Shown here: positions 51,331 through 62,632 of the stretch, one piece after another | Position numbering within the stretch: the stretch's first letter is position 1 | Layout: every line of letters starts with the position of its first letter | Notes under the pieces: generated by a model | Told to the model about the DNA's origin: nothing | Databases searched by the model: none | What the model saw: the letters and a program-made list of their open reading frames with translations, nothing else | Assembly: GCF_036971445.1 (NCBI RefSeq) | Contig: NC_091471.1 | Span: 45,074,001 to 45,138,000 of the forward strand | Length of the DNA: 64,000 nucleotides | From: Narcine bancroftii | Lineage: Eukaryota | Direction: 5' to 3' | Position numbers and translations under genes: made by a program

Positions 51331-51479
51331 AGGTACTCCCCAACTTGTGACCTATGTGGCTTATGTCCATCTGCACATACAATCATTTTTTTTTTAATAA
51401 AGAAAAATTATAAAATGTACAGAGATTATGTAGTATTTGACAAACTATAACATGTATTGTAATAGCCAAAAAGTGTGTA

Positions 51480-51787
51480 TTACCTTGTTAGTCCGTAGGC
51501 AGGGCACAGCCATCTTGATTTCTTTGCTCACATGCGAGTCTTTGGTTGGCACATATGCGGTGCGTTTGCATATTGGAGTTCAGTTGGCGCATACATGAGA
51601 TTTAAGGGTGCAAATTCAATATCGTTGGGGCACTTAACTCTAGCGTATGTGCCAACCAAACTCTGATACATGAACCCACTCTGCACGTGCTAAATGAAGA
51701 CTCATGCATGCACCACTGAAGACTCACACATGTGTACATGAATCAAGATGGCCACACCCAGCCTACGGACCCTAACTAACAAGGTAA
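51480..51787. mobile_element. Palindromic MITE-like element
   Basis: TTACCTTGTTAGTCCGTAGGC...GCCATCTTGATT pairs with AATCAAGATGGC...GCCTACGGAC...CTAACAAGGTAA. An inner inverted repeat ttggttggcacata/tatgtgccaaccaa is also present. Confidence 0.7.
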
Positions 51788-51797
51788 GCATGTACCA

Positions 51798-51889
51798 GAA
51801 TGGATTGGAGTGCATTGCCAGGGGTGGTGGTAGTGGAGGGTAGTATTATAAAAGATTTTTAGATAGGCATATGGATGTAAGAAAAATAG
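51798..51889 (+). mobile_element. Short CR1-derived insert flanked by an 11-bp direct repeat
   Basis: AGCATGTACCA at 51787-51797 and 51890-51900. Confidence 0.65.
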
Positions 51890-53139
51890 AGCATGTACCA
51901 CAATTCACCAAGGTTGATTGACAAATTCAGGAAGCTTTAAGTTGCTATTGTCAAATCTACGATGAAAAAAATATTTGATTAAAAAGTTTGCTTTAAGACC
52001 TCGCGCGCGCAGTTACATTTCCAAATTATGTCTATTTCGAGATACCACAGATTCATCAGTTTCAATTACGATCGTAAGTCGGGGAGTACATGTACTTGCC
52101 TTCTTATCTACCCTTCAACTTGCACAGCAACCTTGAACGCCAAGATTCCTCTGTTGCTCCACACTGCTAAGAATCCTGCACTTAACTACAAATTCTGCCT
52201 TCAAGTTCGACCTTCCAAAGTGCATCACTTCACTCTTATCTGGATTAAAAGAAACTAATGAGACAAATCCATATTAAATTGGAAACACAAGTTAACAGTT
52301 CACTATAGAACTGAAAAGATGTGTTTAAAAATATGGAGGATGACTGCTGTCAAAGGATAATTACACTTGTGTAAAATATGCAGAAAGATAATTGATTACT
52401 GCTACGCTTTTGCAAGATTCTTTCCATTTTTGATAGATGCGACTCCCTCTATTGTGACTGATGGCAGAAAGGATGGAGTTGTTTGTAAAGGGTAGACCTG
52501 GTTCTGTTAGTATCTGATGGAACATCTTTCTTGCAAAGTGCTAAGACCAACATTTATTCAAAAGCTCTTTGGATGAGATGGTGAAAAAAATACACGGGCC
52601 TTCTCATGAACCAGTGAAGCATGCTGCCAAAAAGCAATCCTTTGCAGAAGGCTGAAACAATGGTGAGGCTTTCTAGCTCATCCCTCAAGGCAATTAAGAG
52701 TAATTCCCATTTGTTTTGACTAGAGCCGTTTCTGGGGCATAATAAATCAGAATGTCAAGTCCATTCTGAAAAGACTCTAGAGAACCAGTTAAAGTCTCTG
52801 AGGTTTCACACTGGCATTTGGAATTTGTTTTTATGTTTAGACCATGATTCTGGGTTGTTAGTGTAATAAGATCACTTCTATCCCTGTGCTCATATAATCT
52901 CACTGCTCAGGCAATAGAGCCTACCAATCCAAGAAAGCTCGAGTTCTCATCCCCTGGAATTGCTCTGGCATTCATTGAAAAAAATCGCAATCCCATGAAA
53001 GATCTGTCAACACACCAAAACAAGCACTCCTTATGTATGGTAAAAAAAATATTTTAAAATATGGAAAATATCAGGTGAATATAAGTCAGGATTAGTTAAT
53101 TTTCTTAATTTCTCTGCAATTACATTTTAAATATAAATT

Positions 53140-53342
53140 TTGACAGACAGTCTATAAGTTTGTGCTGCCCAATTATGTCCAATTGACCTACAACCCCAGT
53201 ATGTTTTGAATGGTGGGAGGAAATTGAAGCACCCAGAGGAGACCCAAACAGACATGGGGAGAATCTACAAACTCCTTACAGGCAACGCGGGATTCGAACC
53301 CCAGTCACTGTTGCTGTAACAGTGTTGCACCATGCTGCCCTA
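53140..53342 (-). mobile_element. tRNA-derived SINE (V-SINE-like)
   Basis: The minus strand has a B-box GGTTCGAATCCC followed by the ggagtttg...ttctcccc...gggtgct..tttcctcccac core. Confidence 0.75.
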
Positions 53343-54177
53343 ATTCTACAGAAGCTACTGAAATGGCTGAGTATTTCTGGAATTTGTTTGAAATACCAAT
53401 CATTAACAAACCACGACATGAGGAAAATAATTTTCTGTGTATTCCTAATTGCTAGACATCCAATTAAGCTAAAAAGTATATATTTTCCTCTTTCGTACTT
53501 TCTTCTTGAAATTTGATACAAGGGAAATAAATTTTAGTATCAAAAGGGTTAAAACCGTTTTCGTGGATGGTGAAATGCTGATTGGCTAGAAACCTCATTA
53601 TATTGCATAATTACCCTGATATTTCCAACAAACATTGAGTTAAATTTTATTGAAAGATGTTTTTCTTTGTTATTAATTAGCACACGTCCACTTTACCAGA
53701 TATGATGTTGGACTTCCATTTGTTATATTCATCTCAGTGCATGAATAATTTTTGAGCAATTATTTTGAACATCAACTAATACCACTTTTGGCATCAATTA
53801 AAAACCCTCTCAACAAGGAACTGCATTTGTTGAAGATCAAATAACTTGTGGAAGGAATCCATCAATCACACCAGCTAATTAAGAAGACACTTTGAAATCA
53901 TTTGTTTTAGCTTATTATTCAGTTATATACATCTTAATGAAACAAATTGAACAATTTGAAGATCTTTGTTATTCTAATTATAGGTCTTAAAGTTGGCTAC
54001 CTAAACAAATTGTAAATGCTTTTGTTAACTGTAAAATTTACTGGTACAAATATTGGAGAGCATCACTGGAGTGACCATAGACTGGTCTTTGAATGGCATT
54101 TTACAGTGAATGCTCTATGTATTTAAATCTGCTTTTACAAAGACTTGGATCTTGTTTGAACATGGCAACATGGCAAC

Positions 54178-54658
54178 ATTCACGAGAATGTTGACAGGAT
54201 TTCAAGGTTTGAGTTACAGGGAATGGTTGTGCAGACTGGGGCTTTTTTCTCTGGAGCGTAGAAGATTGAGAGGGGACTTGCTAGAGGTGTTTAAGATTTT
54301 AAAAGGGACAGACAGAGTAAACGTGGATAGGCTTTTTCAATTAAGAAAGGAGGAGATTCAAACTAGAGGGCATGGTTTAAGATTGAAGGGGGAAAATTAT
54401 AAGGGGAACATGAGGGGAAATTTCTTTACACAAAGGGTGGTAGGGATGTGGAATGAGCTTCCGACAGACGTGGTTGAGGCGGGATCATTGGTTACATTTA
54501 AGGAAAGACTGGATAGTTACATGGATAGGAGAGGACTGGAGGGGTATGGACCGGGTGCTGGTCAGTGGGACTAGGAGTGTGGAGATTTGTTACGGCATGG
54601 ACTAGTAGGGCCCAACTGGCCTGTTCTGTGCTGTAAGTGGTTATATGGTTATATGGTT
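54178..54658 (+). mobile_element. CR1 3' fragment, young
   Basis: ORF 54110-54574 LGLFSLERRRLRGDL...FFTQRVV..WN; (GGTTATAT)n tail. Confidence 0.9.
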
Positions 54659-55339
54659 AACTGGCTTCTCAAGATGTACCTTATAATAGGCAAATGAATT
54701 CTAACATTTATAGAAAAAACCCTGAGAACTTTAGATCATGGACTAGAGCTAATCTTGGTAATCAATCTCTCAAAAACAGAGGAGCTTTGACATGCAATTG
54801 ACAGTTTTGAATAAACTTATGAAGGAATATTGAACAAAGTTTCAAATGTTCCCAATGCACATATACCCAACTCAAACTTGAATCTTCAAGCAAATCCCAA
54901 GAGGAACATCTTGATATTTAGAATGAGACAGCAGAGCAACCAGACTCATCATGACTCATCCCAAAAAATACCCAGGTATTAGCAATGTGAGATTAATGAC
55001 ACCGTTATTGCTACAGAACTGCTCTAGGGATTTATTAATACATAGTGAAGCTTAATCAAGTGAAGGTTACATTTCCAATATCATTGACCTCTTTTTCTCT
55101 GGATGATTTTGGTTCCTGATTTCAGACAATGATTTGAACCATAACTGAGCATTGTTATTTGCCATCTCCTTTATCATATCTCAGCTTCTTCTCTTCCATC
55201 CTCCTACCCGTTTCCAGTTTGCCTGTGCTCCCCCTTTCTCTTCTCCTTTCTGCCTTCTCCTCCTCCCCACCTTTATAATCAGACATCTGTCTGTTTTTTT
55301 CTTATTCCTGACAAAGTGCCCAGACCCAAAATATTGGAT

Positions 55340-57102
55340 TGTAGCGGGCTGAGCTACTGCGCAGTGAGACAGGCCGAATTGCTGCCCCAGTCATCCAACT
55401 CAAAATGGCACGGGTCCCCCTTTACTCCTAAAGAGAAGCCCGTGTTGCTCAGGAGACATCACCACTGGTCAGGGAGTGATGCTGCAATACGTTGATGCTA
55501 CTTCTGGAAGTCGGCGCACACGTCATTGGAAGTGGGTATTTCCCTGCGCACAGGGAAATTCAAATAATAAAGTCAGTTACTGGTTCACCCTTGCCCCGTG
55601 TGGACATTTCTTGATTCTATAGCGCAGCCACAGCAGACGCTACAGTGGTGACCCTGATGGTTCCAGTGTTTTTGGAACCCACCTCGAATGTGACAGAATG
55701 CAAATGCTGCTACTGCCACAGTCGCAATGGCTGCAACCAAAGTGGTGGGCGTGCATTTGCTGCCCTTCTGGGCAAATTGGCCCAGGAATTGAATGCAACT
55801 GGTTGAGTTACAGTTACACATCAGAGGCATTGTTCAGAGGACATCAAGTTCTGGCATGTTATCTGCACCCTGGATGCTAGCACCACAGCCAAAGTAAGTT
55901 CCTTCATGGAGCGCAAGTACGAGCAATTCCGGCGTTTGTTCCTCAGTTCCCTGGAACTCAGCCAGAACAAGCGTGTCATTCGCATCCTAAATATGCAGGC
56001 CTGGGTGAAAGAAACCCCTCCGAGCTCATGCATGATATGGTGGCGCTAGCAGATGGACACACAAACTGCTTCCTTTTCGAGGCCCTGTTCCTCTCCAACC
56101 TGCCAGTCCACATTTCCTCGGCAGTCTTCTGACAGTGCCCCACACCTGATAGCCAAGGAAGCAGACAAATCTTTCTGTACCCCGCAACAGAGCTCGATCC
56201 ACGTGCAGTCCATCTACGCCATTGGCGCTGCTGCTTCAGCACCTCCACTGGGCCACACCAGCAGCAGCCGTGGCCCAACTACAGCGCAATGAGTGCCAAT
56301 AAAAAACAGAGAAAATACTGCTTCTACCACTGTAGATGGGGCCAAAATGCCCAGTGGTGTGCACCCTGCCCCCCCACAAGCTTCAAACCAAACACAGCGA
56401 TAGGAAATGAGAAGACCGGCCACCGATAGAGGCCTCAGCGGTTCGCACTCATAAAGACCTACTCTACCTCAGGGACCAGCAGACTAAGAGGAACTTCCTA
56501 GCCGACATCATTCAGAGATAAGCCTCATACCACTGACGTATTTCAAAACCATACAAAACCCCAAGGCTTCCCTGTACAAGCGGCCAACAGCTACTCCATC
56601 CCGAGCTAAGGCACCCGTCTGGTCATAATCCATGTCGCAGACATGGTTTTCCAGTTGAAGTGCACAATCGCGGTCGTGGGACAGGCCCTACTTGCAGATT
56701 TCCTCTGGATACAAGAACCTTTGGTGGATGCTACCATGTTCCAGTCATACCCCCTGCGGCAATGCCATTAGGAATCAACGCTTTGGACTGAAATGAGTAT
56801 GCCTGCCTACTGGCCAAGTATCTGGCCCTACTGGCTCACAATTTCCATGACGCCAGACAGCCACATGGAGTGGAGCACCACATCGAGACCATTGGGCCTC
56901 CAGTGTACCCACAGGCATGGTGCCTCCCACAAGGCAAACTCCAGTAAGCCAACACTGAGTTCACTGCCATGGAGGAGCTGAGGATTGTCCAGCATTCAAA
57001 CAACCCCTGTGTCTCCCCACTACACATGATACAGAAGAGCTCCGGCGGCTAGTGCCCATGTGGCGACTACAGGCAACTAAACGATGCTACAGTTCCAGAT
57101 AG
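55340..57102 (+). mobile_element. Gypsy element (5' LTR, gag, protease, start of RT; 3' part lost) inserted in a Penelope-derived repeat
   Basis: LTR 55340-55644 TGTAGCG...CGCTACA with AATAAA; PBS TGGTGACCCTGA (tRNA-Trp); gag LPFW; RT CGDYRQLN. The host repeat runs 55170-55339 and resumes at ~57130. Confidence 0.85.
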
Positions 57103-57399
57103 ACGCAACAGGATACGCTTTAATTCTTATAATGCTGCGTGACCTGCTGAGTTTCTCCAGCACATTTGTGTAAACCCAGCATAGAAGTGGATAGTTGTGA
57201 GTTGCTATGATGGCGGTGGCCCTCTCTCACAGCCTCTTGCGCCTGCTGCTTTACTTCCTCTATCATTATTATGCAGTTCAGAGGATGCCTATTGGCAGAA
57301 CCATTTGAGCTGCTAATTCAAATTAAATTCAGGCACACTGACAGATTAGTTACAAGGGAGTCTTGTAAGTCTTGTAAGAATTGGCTTTAGGCAATAGGT

Positions 57400-57760
57400 G
57401 ATAACACTGGTGCAGCAAGTAGCATTGTTGCCTTGTCACATATGTGTATTTACCTGGGCCTAGCACCATAAATTATTCATTCGCAGTGTCCAGCATTTTC
57501 TTTATTGTGGATATAATATTTAAACTACAGTCACTACAAATAGTGACCCTGCTGGTTTTCTTTATTGTGGATATAATATTTAAATTACAGTCACTACTGC
57601 TGGTTTACAACCTCACACTCCATAGTCCAGATTCAATCTTGACCTCTGGTGCTTTTGAGTGGAGTTTGCATATTCTCGCAGTAACTGTGCAGGTCTCCAC
57701 TGGGTGCTCCATTTTCCTGCTGCATCCCAAAGATGCCTTGACAGATTAATTGTGTACAAT
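57400..57760 (+). repeat. V-SINE-like element with an internal ~60-bp-period direct duplication
   Basis: SINE core tggagtttgcatattctc...gggtgctccattttcc; the 42-bp block ttttctttattgtggatataatatttaaa.tacagtcactac occurs at ~57496 and ~57556. Confidence 0.6.
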
Positions 57761-57890
57761 AATCTAAGGTTAAGTTTATGTTTATTTGTTATAAAACATC
57801 TAGTACTGTAGGAAGGGTTCTTCTGTAAAGAGACTAACAGGTTATCTCTAACATTTATACAGCTGTGTAAAGAGTACAATCTATAGAGTA

Positions 57891-58700
57891 GAATGGACAA
57901 CAATTTTTTTCAGAAGGTTTGCTTCCTAAAAAGTGTAAGGATTATAATAGAAAATTTCATTCTGAAAACTAAGATAATTTCATATTTGCTGTATCATGTT
58001 TAAAGTTGGAGAAACACTAAATAAACTTTTACTGAATTTAATCGCATAATGTACCTCTGAGCCAAGCTCTCAGGTTGAGTGCGCATGTTGCACAACAAAT
58101 GTGAGGAGCCCAGGATTTGTCTTGGTCACCAATTTTACAACTGAAGTAGAGCTCATAGGCTTTCTTAATAAATGCAGTCATGCCTTGTCTTTGAGCCTGA
58201 AGTTTATACATGCCACAAATGTAACAGAATGTGTCGCAGCTGTTATGACATTGATGAGATATTTCCACTGCGTTGAATCTTCCTGAAGACAATAAATGCT
58301 ATTGTTAAGTGTTCTCACTATTTTATTGCCTGAAGAACATGTGCATCAACATATAATCAATCTATATCAATATAATGCACAGCATCTGTATATATGTGCT
58401 GCTTTTATAGCCTGTTTACATCTATCCTGACTAAGCAGGTCCAGGGCCTAAGACAACATTTGCATAGCACTTATACTGAGTGCAAGCCCAGGAATACTTG
58501 AACTGACCAAAACATACTAGAAGTCAAAATATGACAGAAATCACAAAATAGGTTGCCTAAATAAACGGTACATGATAGGAAAAGTTTAAGGTGATTTTCA
58601 TTAATAGTAGCCCAAAATCCATAAAATGCACGCCAAACTGTATATACCCATAAAAATACACCGAGAAGTGTTCAGGAAGAAAAATCTTCATTGTTGAGTG
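57891..58700 (-). mobile_element. Chapaev3-like (CMC) DNA transposon deletion derivative
   Basis: ORF 58038-58292 has C.N..D.FCYICG...KKAY.LYF.CKIGDQDKSWAPHICC..C...L..W. Degenerate termini (GAA)TGGACAACAA ... TTGTTGAGTG, followed by TTA. Confidence 0.7.
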
Positions 58701-58769
58701 TTACAGAATTACAATGAAAAGTAAGATAAATTAGCACCAAGCAAAGGCAGCATTCTAACATTTCATTTG

Positions 58770-59145
58770 GGAGCCTGATGGCTGTCTTTATGCCAGTTTC
58801 TGTGTACTTTCACACTCTTAAGTCTTCTCCCTGATGGGAGGATGGAGAAGATGGTGTGTCAAAGATACAATGGGTCTTTTAGTATGTTGGCTGCCTTCTT
58901 CCTAGGGAGTGGGAAATGTTGATGGTGTCTGTGGATTGGAGGGAAGTTTGGCTTATGTTCTGAGCTGCATTCACCACCTTCTGTAGCTTCTTGCAGTCTT
59001 GAGCAGAACTGCTCCCATACCATGCTGTGACATATCCAGCAAGTGTGCCTCAATTGGTGCGCCTGCAGAGGTTGTTGAATGTCCTTAGTTTCAGAACGTA
59101 GAGGCATTGATGCGATTTCTTGACATTCACGTCCTCATGCTTGTT
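58770..59145 (-). mobile_element. Rex1/Babar fragment
   Basis: ORF 58859-59107 ends KAANILKDP; LLPSGRRL motif. Confidence 0.7.
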
Positions 59146-59904
59146 AGATCATTGGAGATTGGAGATCTTACCCTATTGACAATGTAGAAGAATCAGGGTG
59201 GAGCTGTTGGACGTATGATCAATAATGGGATGTGAGCAAGTGGCTATTGGGATGGATGGCATTGCTCTTACAGTAATCGACCTTGATTGGCCCAACGGCC
59301 TCATTCTATGCTATGAGAAAATGAGAAATCGGTATATATCAATGGAGGATTAAGCACGTGAACCCACATAACGGTCTGTGGAATGTAAGTGAGCAGCTGC
59401 AGATTAGGTCAGATGTTCTTCAGAAGTGGTGTAAACATTCGAAGAAACTTATATAGCGATTTATTGTTGTAAAGACAGTGTAATTAACCATGCACAGATT
59501 TCATCAGTTGTAAATATGACAGGATTACTTTTGCATATGGTTCTGCTGTATAAGTTCCAGGAGGTTCTGAGTCATCATTTCTTTTTCCAATTAGGTATTA
59601 ACAGTGAGTATTGTCAAGATCAATTTAATCTCTTTAGTAATCTTCTGAAACCAGGGATTATTTCAACATAACAATAATTTTGCTGGAAAATAACAACGTT
59701 TTTAAACATAAGGCCAATCGAGTCCTCTCCATTATCTCACTGTCTACCCACTTCCCAAACATCAATATTTATCCATTAACCATGCACATTCTCCATTTAT
59801 TTATATTCTTTTAGGGCTTTAGTTTGGGAAATTGCTCATTTTATTTATCTATCTTAAAATAATGATTACCCTTTAAATGTATTGCCTTTTTTATAAAGTG
59901 CCTT

Positions 59905-62535
59905 TTTTGTCAACATGGAGGTCACCATCTTGGGCGGGCCTCCCCACCGACAATGAAGATGGAGAAATGCCTATTTTCACTTCCGTGACTCCAAACCAAG
60001 CCAGTCCTCACCTGATCTCGAACTCAATGATGCAGATTGAGGTGAATGGACATAAAATTAACTGTCTTTTTGATAGCGGCAGTATGGAAAGCTTTGTACA
60101 CCCCGATGTGGTCCAAAGACTTTCCCTCCTGGTCTGACCCATGACCTGGATGGTTTCAATGGTGGCCAGGGACCAACAGATGAGTACCCGGGGGTTTTGT
60201 GTTGCGTCGCTGACGGTGAGGTGGGAATGTTATAATTACTTTGTGTTACTGATAATGCCCTGCCTCTGCACGCCGATCCTCCTAGGCCTTGACTTTCAGA
60301 GTTAGTTTAAGAGCATGATGATGGCATTCGGAGGCCCCCAACCACCATTGACCATTTGCAGCCCTCAGCTTTCGGGTGACCATCCCCGAACCCCATTACT
60401 GTTCTGTTGCCCTGACACCCAGTCCATAGCACCGTCCAGCGGCCCTGGCACTCGGTCTCCGGCTATGACCTGTGGCCTCATCACCTTAAGGGTGCCCCTC
60501 CGTCACTGTTCGCGAACCTCACCCTGGACTGCAAACCCATCACCACCAAGAGTCAGGGCTATAGTTTGAAGGATATGCAATTAATCTGGGCTGAGATTCA
60601 ACAACTTCTGGCAGAGGGGATCATAGCCCCTAGCACCAGTCCCTGGAAAGCACAGATCCTCGTGGTCAGAGGAGCGGGCAAGCCCCTAATGATAATTGAC
60701 TACAGTCAAACCATTAAACGCTTCACCCATCTGGATGCATACCCGCTCCCCCCCATTGCCAACTTGGTCAACAAGGTCACCAAATATAGAATTTTTTTGA
60801 CCATTGACTTCAAGTCGGCTTACCATCAACTCCCCCTCTGTCTGAACGATTGAATCTATACTGGGTTCGAAGCCAACGGGAAACTTTTCCACTTCCTGTG
60901 GGTACCCTTTGATGTGTTTCTGCCTTCCAGTGAGTAATGGACTGGATGGTGGAGGAGCATGGGCTGACGGTGACGTTCCCCTACCTCGACAATTCACCAT
61001 TTGCAGCCATGATCAGCAGGACCACGACGCAACCCTCGCCAAGTTCTTGCGTACGGCCAAGTTGCTTAACTTGATGTTCAATACGGAGCGCCTGGCCCTT
61101 CTTGGATGCGTTGTGGTACATGGTGTCATTGTTCCCAACCCCGACCGCATGCGACCACTTCTAGAACTCCCTGTCCTGAGCACCCTGAAGGCGCTGAAGC
61201 GATGCCTAGGGCTGTTCTCGGACTATGGGCAGTGGCTGCTCAACTACCCAGATAAGGCCATCCTCTAATTTGATCAACCACTTTTCCATTATCGGCAGAG
61301 GCCTAGGCTGCCTTCAAGCAAATTCGAGGAGACATCGCTAAGGCCACGATGCAGGCCATGGATGAGTCCATCCCCTTCCAGATGGAAAGCGACGTCTCTG
61401 ATGTTGCTCTGGCCACCACATTAAACCCGGCAGGCAGGCCGATAGTGTTTTTTTCCTGTACCTTTCATGACCCCGAACTCCGGCACTCCTCCTTCAAGAT
61501 GGCGCAGGCGATCATTGAGGCAGTGCGCCACTGGCAGCACTACCTAGCCAGTAAAGGATTTACCCTGTTGACTGATCAGAGGGCAGTGCCTTCATGATCA
61601 GTGCCAAACAATGGAGTAAAATCAAAAATGACAAGATTCTGAGGTGGAAGATTGAGTTATCCACCCTCAATTATGACATCTTGTACTGGTCAGGTAAGCT
61701 CAATGATCCCCTGGATGCCCTATCCTGAGGGATGTGTGCAGTGCACATCTCGACCATCTCCAAGGTCCTGCACAACAGTCAGTGCCACTCCGAGTGACAA
61801 GGCCCTCCATGTTATCCAGTTATTACTCTCCACTGCAACTAACACCACCCCAAATGAACGCCTCTTTGTTTTCCCTAGGAGGTCAGCGAATGGTTCTTCT
61901 ATCCCTCCCTGGGTGACATCCGCAGGGCCGGTTCTCCTTCAGAAGCATGTCAGAGGCCATAAGACAGATCCATTGGTTAAAGCAGTACACCTCATTCATG
62001 CCAACCCCCAGTATGCATTTGTGAGGTACCCAGATGGCCACGAAGACACGGTGCCCTTACGAGACCTGGCAAGGGCCCAAAGACTGCTTTGTCGGCTGCT
62101 GACCACACCATGGACCTGATTGTGCCATACCCAAGCACAGCTCAGAATCCAAGCTGTGACGTTCAGGCTCCTCCTGCTCCTACAGCTGTGAAGGACTCCC
62201 CAGTGATTCAATAGTCCACTGCCAGCACCCCAACCCTCACAGTTCTAGCAGTGGACACTCACCCATCGGCCCCTTCGGAGGAGGAGCGCCGTACTGAAAC
62301 GTTGGTTCTCTGGTGGTCCAACAAATAGAGGAGGCCATCTGTGTGGCTCAACCTCTAGCTGGAGGCCTTCCTACCTAAGCTCCTACCTTGATCCTTCCCA
62401 TGTGACCCCTGGCCATAAAGGTCGAGTCCCCCCTCCTTCCTGCTCTTTTTCCTAGCCTAGACCTGGGCCAGCAGTCTCTTGCTCAATAAAGCCTATTGTT
62501 CCCCTCAGTCTTCTGTCTGTAATGATTGGGCTACC
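59905..62535 (+). mobile_element. Gypsy pol remnant (protease, RT, RNaseH, partial integrase) with a probable partial 3' LTR
   Basis: CLFDSGS, SPWKAQ...IDYSQTI, DAYPLP, IDFKSAYHQ, ESDVSD and HANPQYAFVRYPDG motifs; AATAAA at ~62485. Confidence 0.85.
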
Positions 62536-62632
62536 GATAGCACCCAACACAGTCCAAGAGCCATCAAACGTTCCTCATATGCTAATCCCTTCATTCCAGG
62601 GATAATTACCATCACATCCTTTCTTAAATAAT

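Noticed and set aside
52438-52495. Possible small exon (DATPSIVTDGRKDGVVCK)
   Set aside because: Weak donor and no recognisable protein similarity.
53270-53342. tRNA gene (B-box GGTTCGAATCCC)
   Set aside because: No full cloverleaf, and it continues into a SINE core.
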